The notes beneath the pieces are model-generated. The model was not told the origin of the DNA. It saw nothing but the letters and a program-made list of their open reading frames with translations, and made no database searches. Below, one piece after another: positions 8,580 through 18,453 of a stretch of 64,000 nt of DNA. Position numbers and translations under genes: made by a program. This DNA comes from Sphingomonadales bacterium. GTDB lineage: Bacteria > Pseudomonadota > Alphaproteobacteria > CAZZKF01. The stretch is taken from NCBI GenBank assembly GCA_046756385.1, contig JBHHWG010000002.1, forward strand, positions 2,275-66,274. The letters are read 5' to 3'. Numbering within the stretch: position 1 is the stretch's first letter; each line of letters starts with the position of its first letter.

Positions 8580-9577
8580 TCGGCTGCGGCCGGATCGGCT
8601 CGCTTTACGACGAGGGAGCCCCGGACGGCCCGGCGCTTTCGGTGGCTGGCGCGCTCACCCGTTCGCCATGGGCCGAACTGGCGGCGGTGTGCGACGCGGA
8701 CCCGGCCCGGGCACGGACCTGTGCCGAAATAAGGGGCGTGGCCGCGTGTTTTTCCAACTACAGGGAGATGCTGGCCACTGAAAATCTCGACGCCATCGCC
8801 ATTTGCACGCCCCCCTCGCATCGGCCCGACATCGTTGAGGCGGCGCTGGAGAACGGCGTGCGCCTGATCTGGTGCGAGAAACCGGTGGCCGCGTCGCTCG
8901 ACGAGGCTCGCGCCATCGAGCGCCTGATCGCGGACAGGAACATCGTATTCGCCGTCAATTATCTTCGGCGCTGGGCACCGGTGACCGCACGCCTCGCGTC
9001 GCTTATCCAAACCGGCGAACTCGGCCCCGCCCAATCGGCGACGCTTACCTACTGCAAGGGCATCGCCAACAACGGTTCCCACTTCATCGACCTGATGACG
9101 CACTTCTTCGGCGTGCCACGCACCGCGACAGCATTGCGGCAATTGAATGATGGCCGGGAAGCCAGCGATCCCACCCTCGACGCCGTGATCACTTTTCAGG
9201 GATCGGCGGGCGCATTTCCTTTCCGCCTGATCGCCTTGGACCATCGCAATTTCACGGTTTGCGAGCTCGATATCGTGCTCGCCAAGGGCCGGATAAAACT
9301 GCTCGACGGGGGCGATGTCGTCGAGATCTTCCGCACCGCGCCCGACCCCGTGGTTCCGGGCTACACAACGCTGAGCCTTGCCGAGCGGCACGCCCACGCC
9401 CTTGATGATACGCTGGAGCGCACGGTCGAGCAGGTCGTGCGGGTCTATCACGGTGAAGAGAACGCGCCTTTGTGCGGCATCACCGACGGCATCAGCGCGC
9501 TCCATGCCGTCGACTGTTTACTCAGGTCATGGGACCTGCACGGCGCCCCAGTGAGCACATCCCCCATCAGCGGGTGA
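8531..9577 (+). CDS. Gfo/Idh/MocA family NAD(P)-dependent oxidoreductase
   Basis: GLIGCGRIG Rossmann motif; CEKPVA; VNYLRRW; NNGSHFID. Confidence 0.9.
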   Translation: MANSRSDRPAIPRFGLIGCGRIGSLYDEGAPDGPALSVAGALTRSPWAELAAVCDADPARARTCAEIRGVAACFSNYREMLATENLDAIAICTPPSHRPDIVEAALENGVRLIWCEKPVAASLDEARAIERLIADRNIVFAVNYLRRWAPVTARLASLIQTGELGPAQSATLTYCKGIANNGSHFIDLMTHFFGVPRTATALRQLNDGREASDPTLDAVITFQGSAGAFPFRLIALDHRNFTVCELDIVLAKGRIKLLDGGDVVEIFRTAPDPVVPGYTTLSLAERHAHALDDTLERTVEQVVRVYHGEENAPLCGITDGISALHAVDCLLRSWDLHGAPVSTSPISG

Positions 9578-9586
9578 TACCGCCGT

Positions 9587-10144
9587 TCATGCCGGGGCCA
9601 GCAATCCCTTTCCGCGCAAACGTTCCTCGATGCCGGGCTTAACGCTTTGCCACTCGGAGGCCAGCATGCTCAACGTCACGACATCAAGCCACTCTTCCCC
9701 TTTACATATGTGCTGGCGGAATATTCCTTCCTGGTGGAATCCGAACCGCTTGTGCATTTCCACCACCGCCGGATTATTGGCAAGCACCTCACAGCACAGC
9801 CTGTTCAGCCCAAGCTCCTCGAACACGTAGCGCAGGATGAAAAACTCGACGAATGAGCCAACGCCCTTGCCGCGCAAGTCGGATTTCGCGATGTAAAACG
9901 CCCAGTAACATCGACGATGGTCTTCATTGATACCGTAGACATTGGCCAAGCCCACATCTTCATCGTCACAGACGATGATCCAGTACTTCCTGGCCGGATC
10001 GGCCATCGCGTTTTCAAACCATCCCTCGTGTTCCCCTGGCGAGATAAAATGGTCCGAATACATATACCGGCCGACACTTGGCTGGTTTCGCCACGACCGA
10101 ACCATGTCCCGATCGCCGCTCGTTACGTCGCGTAGTTCAATCAT
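9587..10144 (-). CDS. pseH: UDP-4-amino-4,6-dideoxy-N-acetyl-beta-L-altrosamine N-acetyltransferase PseH
   Basis: WRN.P.V..YMYSDH.IS..EH..WF; CYWAFY; RGKGVGS; LCCEVL..N..V..MH..FGF; located in the pse cluster. Confidence 0.85.
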   Translation of the reverse strand: MIELRDVTSGDRDMVRSWRNQPSVGRYMYSDHFISPGEHEGWFENAMADPARKYWIIVCDDEDVGLANVYGINEDHRRCYWAFYIAKSDLRGKGVGSFVEFFILRYVFEELGLNRLCCEVLANNPAVVEMHKRFGFHQEGIFRQHICKGEEWLDVVTLSMLASEWQSVKPGIEERLRGKGLLAPA

Positions 10145-10278
10145 AGCTCAACTATTCCATTAAGAATTTGCAATGTACCACATACCTTGCGGCCAGCATG
10201 GTGCAAATCAGGCGTAGGGTGTCAACCCACGACCTAAAAACTATCGTAAAAACCATCGGTTGTGAACTTGGCACGGCA

Positions 10279-11760
10279 CTATTTCCTGGTTTCCCAGCAG
10301 GTCATCTCTCCCTTCTCGCTCACCAGCCGCAGGCCTGCCGCCTCGGCGATCCTTCGGGATGCGATATTGTCGGATTTTATTTCCGCCCGAATGACCCCGT
10401 CCAGGTCGCCCACCACCTGCCTGACCATGTGTGTGCCGATCCGCCGCCCCCGGGCCTCGGGCGCTACGGTCCAGGACAGCACCCAGCCTCCGGGCGCGCG
10501 GTCGGCCCGGGCGGTTCCCACCGGCCGGCCGTCCTGTTCGGCGGTAAAAAGAACGCGGTCCGGGTTGTTGAGCGTTTTTTTGAGCCATTCCAGGTGGCTG
10601 TCCCAAACCAGCGGGCCGCTATCTTTCGAGCTTTCCCGCGTCGCCGGATCGTTGCGCCAGTTAAAGAACAGCCGGGCGTCCTCGAGGCGCGCCGGACGCA
10701 GTGACAGATCCCCCGCCGCCCGCGCGCCGGTGACCGCCCGGTAAACCCGCTCGCGGCCCTTGCCGTCGATTGCCGCCATGCCGCTTTGCGCAAAAGAGCG
10801 CCGCGCCCCAGGGTCCCCGCACAGATTTCCGAGAGCACCAAGGATTGCGTTGAACGGCACGGCGGTGCGGGCGTCGAAAATTCGGCCACAGCCCTGACGC
10901 TCGAACCAGACGGCCGAGCCGTGCTGGTTATCGGCGACGACCAGCGCCAGGGAGGGCAGGCCCATATAAGCCGCCTCCCACATCGTCGTCCCCGCGCTGA
11001 TGATCCCGCTATCGGCCCAGGCCATGAGCGCGGCCATGTCCCTGGCATCCTCGCGGACCTCGATTTTCGCACCCCCGGCGCCGGTCAGCGCCCGGATCGC
11101 CTCGCGTCGGGGTGTTGCGCCGCCAATAACGGCGACAATCTCGAGCGCGTCGGCCGCCGCCGCAATGCTTCCGAGCAGCCTTTCCGTGATGGCGAGGGGG
11201 TCGGCCCCGCCGAGCGTGACGAGCACCCTTCGGGCGTGATCGGCTATTGCGCGGCTCGGTGGCCGGGCATCGCGAAACTCGTCGCGCAACAGCACATAAT
11301 CCGCGCCCAGCAACAGCGTGGCGTCCGGCGCCCGGCCCTGGTACATGGCCGGTTGGGCATTCAGGTTCTGATTGAGGATATAGTCGGCGTGATAGCAGGC
11401 CAGGGTGGCTTCATCGTCGATAATCAGGGTTTTGAGGTGCAAGTCCTTTACCGTCCTCTGGAACCGGCTGTCGAACCGATAGCCATCGATGACCACAAGA
11501 TCGCAACAAAGCCCGGCGGCGAGACCGGCGGTTTGTCTGGCGTCCGACTCGCTTCCCCGCAACGCGGCAATCGCTTGGCAATCGATGCCTTCGGCGGCCA
11601 GGCGATCTTCGAAACCCGGCACAAGTTGCTGGCATGCGAAGGTCACGCACGCGCCGTGTTGACGGAATTCCTGAGCCAGCGCCAGGCAGCGCATGAGGTG
11701 ACCCGCGCCTATTTCGCGGCCACCGTCCGCCCGGAACAGAACATGTGTCAGTTGTGACAT
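10279..11760 (-). CDS. pseG: PseG UDP-sugar hydrolase fused to a C-terminal GNAT domain
   Basis: FRADGG.EIGAGHLMRCLALA; DGY.F; TLGGADP; SAGTT.WE...G.P....VADNQ; C-terminal WRNDP.TR...H..W and RGRRIG GNAT motifs. Confidence 0.88.
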   Translation of the reverse strand: MSQLTHVLFRADGGREIGAGHLMRCLALAQEFRQHGACVTFACQQLVPGFEDRLAAEGIDCQAIAALRGSESDARQTAGLAAGLCCDLVVIDGYRFDSRFQRTVKDLHLKTLIIDDEATLACYHADYILNQNLNAQPAMYQGRAPDATLLLGADYVLLRDEFRDARPPSRAIADHARRVLVTLGGADPLAITERLLGSIAAAADALEIVAVIGGATPRREAIRALTGAGGAKIEVREDARDMAALMAWADSGIISAGTTMWEAAYMGLPSLALVVADNQHGSAVWFERQGCGRIFDARTAVPFNAILGALGNLCGDPGARRSFAQSGMAAIDGKGRERVYRAVTGARAAGDLSLRPARLEDARLFFNWRNDPATRESSKDSGPLVWDSHLEWLKKTLNNPDRVLFTAEQDGRPVGTARADRAPGGWVLSWTVAPEARGRRIGTHMVRQVVGDLDGVIRAEIKSDNIASRRIAEAAGLRLVSEKGEMTCWETRK

Positions 11761-11804
11761 GTCACCTCAGCAAAACAATTGACTAAGCTCGCGGCAAGCT
11801 GTCT

Positions 11805-11839
11805 GGTTAACGTTTCGCTATCTTGACTGTCTGTTTACC
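11805..11839. promoter_or_regulatory. Two imperfect CtrA-like boxes in the divergent pseG/pseC promoter region
   Basis: Minus strand ATAG-N7-TTAACC (11805-11821); plus strand TTGA-N7-TTTACC (11823-11839). Confidence 0.4.
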
Positions 11840-11904
11840 ATTTTACGAGGATAAATGGCTTGGATAGAAGCGTTACTGAGCCTGATACCCGCGGATATTA
11901 TTCC

Positions 11905-13113
11905 ATGACCCAGCCTTTTCTGCCCTACGGACGCCAAGTCATTGACGATGACGACATTGCCGCGGTGACCGCGGTACTGAAAGGCGACTGGCTGACTACC
12001 GGGCCGGCCGTCGCGGCGTTCGAGCAGGCGCTCGCGAACCGCGTCGGGGCCAGATACGCCGTGGCCTGTTCAAGCGGCACCGCGGCATTGCATCTGGCCG
12101 CGCTGGCCCTGGGTCTGGGGCCTGGCGACGCCATGGTTGTTCCCGCCATCACATTTCTCGCCACCGCCAATGCGGCGCGCTATGTCGGCGCCGACGTCGT
12201 GTTCGCCGACGTCGATCCCGATACGGGACTGATGACCCCCGAAACCCTTAACGCCGCACTAAAGCGCGCGGCCGGGCGCAATGTCCGCGCGATCGCGCCT
12301 GTGCATTTCGCCGGGCAATGCGAGGATCTGGCTGCATTTCGCAAAATCGCCGACGACCACGGCTTGGATATTGTAGAGGATGCCTGTCACGCGCTGGGTG
12401 CTGTGTATCAAACCGCTAACCGCGCACCGGCCCCGGTCGGCGGCTGTCAGTTCGGCAATATGGCGGTGTTTTCGTTCCATCCCGTCAAGACCGTGGCCAT
12501 GGGCGAAGGCGGCGCGGTCACCACCAACGATGACAGCTTGTTTGAACGGCTGACGACCCTTCGCAACCACGGCATGATCCGGAATCCGGAACGACTCGCC
12601 CACCGCGCCGATGCCTTCGATGACTCCGGCAAGCTGAACCCCTGGTATTACGAAATGACGGAGCCGGGCTTTAACTACCGCGCCTCGGACATTCATTGCG
12701 CGCTGGGGCTGAGCCAGATCGCCAGGCTCGACCATTTCATCGCATGCCGCCGCGAGCTCACCGGCCGCTATGACGAGCGGCTAGAGAGTTTGGCGCCCAG
12801 CGTGCGGCCATTGGCGCGGACCGCCGGCTGTCGGCCCGGCTGGCACCTTTATGTGGCGCTGATTGATTTCACCACGCTGGGCCTGGACCGCGCCGAGGTC
12901 ATGATAAAGTTGCGCGACAAGGGTATTGGCACCCAGGTCCATTATTATCCGGTCAACCGACAGCCCTATTACCGGGAACTATATGGCGACGCCGCTTTGC
13001 CTGGCGCCGATGCATACTACAATCGGGCCTTGTCATTGCCGCTGTTCGCGGGCATGGACATTGCCGATGTCGACCGCGTGGTCGATACATTTGGGCAGGT
13101 GCTGGGGTTATGA
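11905..13113 (+). CDS. pseC: UDP-4-amino-4,6-dideoxy-N-acetyl-beta-L-altrosamine transaminase PseC
   Basis: LPYGRQ.IDDDDI.AV..VL..DWLTTGP; EDACHALG; FSFHPVK; WYYEM..PGFNYR; GTQVHY. Confidence 0.93.
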   Translation: MTQPFLPYGRQVIDDDDIAAVTAVLKGDWLTTGPAVAAFEQALANRVGARYAVACSSGTAALHLAALALGLGPGDAMVVPAITFLATANAARYVGADVVFADVDPDTGLMTPETLNAALKRAAGRNVRAIAPVHFAGQCEDLAAFRKIADDHGLDIVEDACHALGAVYQTANRAPAPVGGCQFGNMAVFSFHPVKTVAMGEGGAVTTNDDSLFERLTTLRNHGMIRNPERLAHRADAFDDSGKLNPWYYEMTEPGFNYRASDIHCALGLSQIARLDHFIACRRELTGRYDERLESLAPSVRPLARTAGCRPGWHLYVALIDFTTLGLDRAEVMIKLRDKGIGTQVHYYPVNRQPYYRELYGDAALPGADAYYNRALSLPLFAGMDIADVDRVVDTFGQVLGL

Positions 13114-14171
13114 CCGGAATCAAACATGAAATATCGATCGACGGCCGGGCGATCGGCCCCGATCATCGGCCCTATGTAATTGCCGAGATGTCCGGCAATC
13201 ATAACGGCGATATTAAGCGCGCCATGCGCCTGATTGAAGGCGCGAAGGAAGCCGGCGCCGATGCGGTCAAGATGCAGACCTATACTCCCGATACCATTAC
13301 CATTGATCACGATGGGCCGGGTTTTACCATCAAGGGCGGCCTGTGGGACGGTCGGACGCTCTATGACCTCTATCGCGAGGCCCACACGCCCTGGGACTGG
13401 CACGAGCCGCTTTTCGCCAAGGCCCGGGAGTTGGGTATCACAATTTTTTCCACCCCCTTCGATGACACCGCGGTTGACCTGCTGGAGGAATTAGGCAGCC
13501 CGGCGTACAAGATCGCTTCATTGGAGATTGTCGATCTGCCGCTCATCGAGCGCGTCGCGGCCACCGGAAAACCGATGATCATGTCCACCGGCACCGCCAC
13601 CCAGGACGAAATCGCCGAAGCGGTAGCGGCGGTACGAGGCGCGGGCTGCACCGATCTCGTCCTGCTACACTGCGTAAGCGGCTATCCGACGCCGCCTCAG
13701 GAGATCAACCTGCGAACGCTTGTCGATCTGGGGGACCGGTTCGACGCAATCGCCGGGCTGTCGGACCACACCCTGGGAACCTCGGTGTCGGTGGCGGCGG
13801 TGGCGCTTGGGGCGGCGATTGTCGAAAAACATGTGACCCTGCGCCGCGCCGACGGGGGGCCGGACGCCGCTTTCTCGCTGGAAATGGACGAGCTGGCGCA
13901 ACTCGCCGGCGACTGCCGGACAGCCTGGAGCGCGCTGGGCCAGGTCGATTACTCGACTAAGCCCAGCGAGGCCGGCAACAAGCTCTTTCGCCGCTCGCTT
14001 TATGTGGTCGCCGATATCGACGAGGGCGAGATTTTTACACGAGACAATGTTCGTTCCATCCGGCCCGGCCATGGTATCGCGCCGAAGCATATGGCTCAAA
14101 TACTGGGCCGCCGCGCCGCCAGGGCCATTGACAGGGGCACGCCGCTTTCCTGGAACCACATCCGCGACTAG
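13110..14171 (+). CDS. pseI: Pseudaminic acid synthase PseI (NeuB family)
   Basis: [10 protein letters not shown]; QTYTPDTIT; [20 protein letters not shown] (Pse-type); GLSDHTLG; EKH; C-terminal SAF domain RSIRPG.G. Confidence 0.95.
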   Translation: MTGIKHEISIDGRAIGPDHRPYVIAEMSGNHNGDIKRAMRLIEGAKEAGADAVKMQTYTPDTITIDHDGPGFTIKGGLWDGRTLYDLYREAHTPWDWHEPLFAKARELGITIFSTPFDDTAVDLLEELGSPAYKIASLEIVDLPLIERVAATGKPMIMSTGTATQDEIAEAVAAVRGAGCTDLVLLHCVSGYPTPPQEINLRTLVDLGDRFDAIAGLSDHTLGTSVSVAAVALGAAIVEKHVTLRRADGGPDAAFSLEMDELAQLAGDCRTAWSALGQVDYSTKPSEAGNKLFRRSLYVVADIDEGEIFTRDNVRSIRPGHGIAPKHMAQILGRRAARAIDRGTPLSWNHIRD

Positions 14172-14252
14172 CAGAGTTAGTGAAATTCTTTTTGACTTCA
14201 AGAAGTTGCCGCGCCATTCAATATTGACCCGGCAACCTTGTAACACTGAGTT

Positions 14253-14269
14253 TTCATCAGTTATTAACC
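14253..14269 (+). promoter_or_regulatory. CtrA-like box upstream of pseB
   Basis: TTCA-N7-TTAACC. Confidence 0.5.
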
Positions 14270-14345
14270 ACTAGCGGCCCATAAAGATCATGAATTATTC
14301 CGCTTTGGTTATACTCCGGTTCGCCGGTGCCTGGATGATCGCATA

Positions 14346-15422
14346 ATGGACAAAATGGCGAACGAGGAAATGCAGGAAACAGCCGGCCATCAATTTCTTT
14401 CGCCCGATGTCGACAAAATCATGGATGGCAAGGCGCTATTAGTAACTGGCGGCACGGGCTCGTTCGGCAAGAGCTTCATCCGAACGTTGCTGCGCCGATA
14501 CAACCTGCGCCGGCTGGTGATTTTTTCGCGCGACGAACTCAAACAATATGAAATGCAGTCGGACCCTGATTTCCGGAATCAGGATTGCCTGCGGTTTTTT
14601 ATCGGTGACGTGCGCGACCGGGCGCGTCTGGAAATGGCGTTTCGCGGCATCGATTATGTCGTTCACGCCGCCGCTATGAAGCATGTCCCGGCGGCCGAAT
14701 ATAACCCGTTCGAATGCATCCGCACCAATGTTCTTGGCGCCGAAAACGTGGTGTACGCCGCCATACATCAGGGCGTGAAAAAGGTATTGGCGCTGTCGAC
14801 CGACAAGGCCGCCAGCCCGATCAACCTTTATGGCGCCAGCAAACTTGCTTCGGACAAGATATTCACCGCCGCCAACAATTTGCGGGGCGAAGGCGGCACG
14901 GAGTTTTCCGTGGTCCGTTATGGCAACGTGGTCGGGAGCCGAGGCAGCGTCGTGCCTTTCTTCCGCAAGCTGGCCGCGGACGGCGTGGATAGTTTGCCGA
15001 TCACCGACGAGCGGATGACCCGGTTCTGGATTACCCTTCCCCAGGCGGTAAATTTCGTGCTGTCCACGATGGCGACCATGCGCGGCGGCGAGCTGTTCGT
15101 GCCAAAGATCCCGAGCATGCGCATTCTCGAACTTGCCGAAGCGATTGCCCCCGGTCACAAGACCCACGTCATCGGCATTCGGCCCGGCGAAAAGCTGCAC
15201 GAGGTTATGGTTCCCGTTGACGACGCCCGCTCGACGCTGGAGCTTGAGGATCGCTATATCATCAAGCCAAGCTACGAGGGCTGGAAATGCGGCGCCTATG
15301 ACGGTGCAACCCCACAACCGGCGCCGGAGGATTTCTACTACTCGAGCGACAATAATGACGACTGGCTGTCGGTTGACCGCATGCGGGAGCTACTGGCGTC
15401 TTCCCCGGTGGCAAGGATCTGA
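14346..15422 (+). CDS. pseB: UDP-N-acetylglucosamine 4,6-dehydratase (inverting) PseB/FlmA
   Basis: TGGTGSFG; SRDELKQ; HAAAMKHVPAAEYNPFECI; STDKA..P.NLYGASKL; VRYGNVVGSRGSVVP; MTRFWI; GIRPGEKLHE; exact start uncertain. Confidence 0.96.
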   Translation: MDKMANEEMQETAGHQFLSPDVDKIMDGKALLVTGGTGSFGKSFIRTLLRRYNLRRLVIFSRDELKQYEMQSDPDFRNQDCLRFFIGDVRDRARLEMAFRGIDYVVHAAAMKHVPAAEYNPFECIRTNVLGAENVVYAAIHQGVKKVLALSTDKAASPINLYGASKLASDKIFTAANNLRGEGGTEFSVVRYGNVVGSRGSVVPFFRKLAADGVDSLPITDERMTRFWITLPQAVNFVLSTMATMRGGELFVPKIPSMRILELAEAIAPGHKTHVIGIRPGEKLHEVMVPVDDARSTLELEDRYIIKPSYEGWKCGAYDGATPQPAPEDFYYSSDNNDDWLSVDRMRELLASSPVARI

Positions 15423-15455
15423 GCCAGTCGGCCCAAAGTCAGAGGCCGGCATAAC

Positions 15456-16385
15456 GTGAGGCAAGCGCCAAAATTAGGTTTGGGAACCGTCCAGTTCGGT
15501 ATGGACTATGGCGTGTCCAATCAACATGGACAATGCCCGCCTGAAGAGGTTGAACGCATTCTGGGCCATGCCGCCAAAGGCAATTTTGTGGTGCTCGACA
15601 CCGCTGCCGCATATGGCGCAAGTGAAGCGACACTGGGCAAATGCCTGCCGCCGGACCATGCCTTCCGGGTCGTCACGAAGGCGCCCCCTCTAAAGTGCCC
15701 TGAGGCCACACAATCCGCCGTCGAAATGCTGTTTGAGAACTTCGAGCGGTCGTTGGAGCGCCTCGGCCAGAAGTCGGTCCACGGCTTGCTGGTCCACCGT
15801 GGCAACGACCTCATGGGCCCCGGCGGGCAGGCTGTGTGGCAAGGGATGGAGCGGCTTCGCGACATGGGCCGCGTGACCAGGATCGGTGCATCAGCCTATT
15901 GCGCGGAGGAGATCGAGACGCTGATCGACTGCTACCCGCTGGAGATCATCCAAACCCCTTTCAACGCGTTCGACCAGAGCCTCGGCGAGTCCGGGTGTCT
16001 GCAACGGCTCAAGAATAGCGGGGTCGAAATTCACGTTCGCTCGGCGTTTTTGCAAGGCGTGCTGCTGATGGCGCCTGATGACCTGCCGGATCATCTGGCC
16101 CCTGCCCATCCGGCGCTTGAGGCATGGCGCAATGAATTGGCGAAACATGGCCTGTCGCCCCTCGAAGGCGCGCTCGCCTTCGTCCGTCAATGGCCGGCGA
16201 TTGACGTCATGGTGCTGGGTGTTACCCGCACCGCCGAGTTGTTGGAAATTGAACGCGCGGCGTCAGTGCCGATCCCCAAGGCGATCGACTGGTCCCAATT
16301 CGCGGTTCGTGACCCGGCGATCATCGACCCGCGTAGCTGGCCCACGGTCCGGCAGGATGCACAACAGGGGGATCACGCCGCGTGA
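15456..16385 (+). CDS. Aldo/keto reductase family oxidoreductase
   Basis: LGLGTVQFGMDYG; LDTAAAYG.SE; IHVRSAFLQG.L; IDPRSW. Confidence 0.9.
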   Translation: MRQAPKLGLGTVQFGMDYGVSNQHGQCPPEEVERILGHAAKGNFVVLDTAAAYGASEATLGKCLPPDHAFRVVTKAPPLKCPEATQSAVEMLFENFERSLERLGQKSVHGLLVHRGNDLMGPGGQAVWQGMERLRDMGRVTRIGASAYCAEEIETLIDCYPLEIIQTPFNAFDQSLGESGCLQRLKNSGVEIHVRSAFLQGVLLMAPDDLPDHLAPAHPALEAWRNELAKHGLSPLEGALAFVRQWPAIDVMVLGVTRTAELLEIERAASVPIPKAIDWSQFAVRDPAIIDPRSWPTVRQDAQQGDHAA

Positions 16386-17167
16386 TTATGGGTATCCTTC
16401 AGGCGCGGTGCTCATCAAGCCGCCTTCCGGGCAAGGTGCTCAAGCCAATCCTTGGCGAAGCCATGTTGGCGCGCCAGATAGAGCGGCTGGGCCGGGCCAA
16501 ACGGATCGAACGACTGGTCGTGGCGACCAGCACCGACGCTTCGGACAACACCCTTGAGGAATTATGCAGCACAATCGGCGTCCCCTGCTATCGCGGCGCG
16601 CTCGACGATGTTCTGGATCGCTTTTACGAGGCCGCGGCGTGTTACATGCCGGCCCATGTGATCCGGCTGACCGGCGATTGCCCGCTGTGCGATCCGGAAC
16701 TCATTGACCATCTGACCGCACGGCACCTTGAAGGCGGCTTCGATTATTCGAGTAACGCGCTCGAACCCACATTTCCGGACGGCCTCGACGCTGAAATCAT
16801 GACGTTCGATGCTTTGCGGCGGGCCTGGCGCGAGGCCGAACTACCATCCGACCGCGAGCATGTCACGCCATTCATCCACCAACGGCCCCAGCGGTTTCGG
16901 CTGTTCAATCTGACCAACGAGCGCGACCTGGCCCATCTGCGCTGGACCGTGGACGAGCCGGAGGATTTTGAAATGGTGAGCCGCGTTTACGAGGCGCTCT
17001 ATCCGGAGAACCCCGGCTTTGACACGGCTGAAATATTGGCGTTCCTCGATCGTCATCCCGAAATAGCGGCGCTAAACGCCGCTCGCGTCCGCAACGAAGG
17101 GCTGGACAAGTCGCGACAACAGGATCAAATCTTCCTGGCGGCCAAAGAAAAAGGGAGACCGGCGTGA
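16382..17167 (+). CDS. SpsF-type cytidylyltransferase #2 (candidate PseF/FlmC function)
   Basis: ILQARCSSSRLPGKVL; DDVLDRF; RLTGDCPL.DP; FPDGLD.E; REHVTPFI; RWTVDEPED. Confidence 0.9.
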   Translation: MIMGILQARCSSSRLPGKVLKPILGEAMLARQIERLGRAKRIERLVVATSTDASDNTLEELCSTIGVPCYRGALDDVLDRFYEAAACYMPAHVIRLTGDCPLCDPELIDHLTARHLEGGFDYSSNALEPTFPDGLDAEIMTFDALRRAWREAELPSDREHVTPFIHQRPQRFRLFNLTNERDLAHLRWTVDEPEDFEMVSRVYEALYPENPGFDTAEILAFLDRHPEIAALNAARVRNEGLDKSRQQDQIFLAAKEKGRPA

Positions 17168-18453
17168 GCAAGCGTTATTCCAAATCCGAAGCCCTTCAAA
17201 CCCGGGCCGAGCAGACCATTCCGCTCGGCGCCCAGACTTTTTCCAAGAGCAAAACCCAGTTGCCGTTCGGGGTCTCACCCTATTTCGCGACACGCGCCCG
17301 GGGCAGTCGCCTGTGGGACGTGGACGGCAACGAATATATCGACTTCATCAATGGCCTGTGCGCGGTGACGCTGGGCTATAGCGACCCGGATGTGACCGAA
17401 GCCGTCCGGTGTCAGCTCGAATCCGGGGTGATTTTTTCCCTGCCGCACGAACTTGAAATCCAGGTCGCCGAAAGAATCGTCGACATGGTGCCGTGCGCGA
17501 AAAAAGTGCGGTTTGGAAAAAACGGCTCCGACGCCACTGCTGGAGCGGTTCGGGTCGCCCGTGCTTTTACCGGCCGTGACCGCATTGCTGTTTGCGGCTA
17601 TCACGGCTGGCAGGACTGGTATATCGGCGCAACCACCCGGAATTTGGGCGTGCCCGAGGCCACACGGGCGCTTACCCACAGTTTCCCTTATGACAACCTC
17701 GGTGCACTTGAGACCTTGCTGGCGAGCCACCGCAATGAGTTCGCGGCCGTCATGCTTGAGCCGATGAACATCAGGGAACCCGGTGACGGTTATCTCCATG
17801 GCGTGATCGAGATGGCGCATCGGCATGGCGCGTTGGCGATCTTCGACGAAACGATCACCGGATTTCGCCTCGCCGCCGGGGGCGCACAGGAATATTTCGG
17901 CGCGATACCGGACCTGGCGACGTTCGGAAAAGGGCTCGCCAACGGCTATCCCCTGTCGGCCGTCGCCGGCCGCGCCGACGTGATGCGGCTGATGGAGGAG
18001 GTGTTCTTCTCCTTCACCATGGGTGGCGAGGCGCTGTCGTTGGCCGCGGCCCAGGCAGCGCTTGACAAAATTCATCGCGAGCCCGTGATCGACCGGCTTC
18101 ACAAAATGGGCAAGCTGTTGATGGAAGGCCTGAAACAATGCATCGAGGCGCATGGCAGCGGCGATTTCGCCGAAGTTTCGGGTCATCCGAGCTGGAGCTT
18201 CTTAAGCTTCCACGACGCGCCGGGCGCATCCCAAATCGAAATCAAAACACTCTTCCTTCAGGAAATGTTCGCCCGCGGCATCCTGACGCTGGGCACCCAC
18301 AATATGAGCTACGCCCACGACGAAACCGACGTCAAGGCCACCCTTGCCGTCTATGATGAAGTATTCCCGGTGCTAAGCCGCGCGGTCGCGGAAGGCGCTG
18401 TTCGCCAATATCTCGATTGCGAGCCCTTGACGCCGCTATTCAAAATCCGCTGA
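17164..18453 (+). CDS. Class III PLP aminotransferase (glutamate-1-semialdehyde aminomutase-like), glycan-cluster type
   Basis: QTFSKS; DVDGNEYID; KNGSDAT; CGYHGWQDW; FDE.ITGFR; PDLATFGKGLANGYP. Confidence 0.9.
   Translation: MSKRYSKSEALQTRAEQTIPLGAQTFSKSKTQLPFGVSPYFATRARGSRLWDVDGNEYIDFINGLCAVTLGYSDPDVTEAVRCQLESGVIFSLPHELEIQVAERIVDMVPCAKKVRFGKNGSDATAGAVRVARAFTGRDRIAVCGYHGWQDWYIGATTRNLGVPEATRALTHSFPYDNLGALETLLASHRNEFAAVMLEPMNIREPGDGYLHGVIEMAHRHGALAIFDETITGFRLAAGGAQEYFGAIPDLATFGKGLANGYPLSAVAGRADVMRLMEEVFFSFTMGGEALSLAAAQAALDKIHREPVIDRLHKMGKLLMEGLKQCIEAHGSGDFAEVSGHPSWSFLSFHDAPGASQIEIKTLFLQEMFARGILTLGTHNMSYAHDETDVKATLAVYDEVFPVLSRAVAEGAVRQYLDCEPLTPLFKIR

Noticed and set aside
10268-10284. TTGGCACG sigma54-like -24 element between pseG and pseH
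   Set aside because: No GC at the -12 position, and it points against the local genes
17164-18453. Annotation as housekeeping hemL
   Set aside because: Coupled to spsF/AKR in a glycan locus, with QTFSK and GYHGW.DW motifs of the glycan-cluster subtype; Alphaproteobacteria generally make ALA by the Shemin pathway
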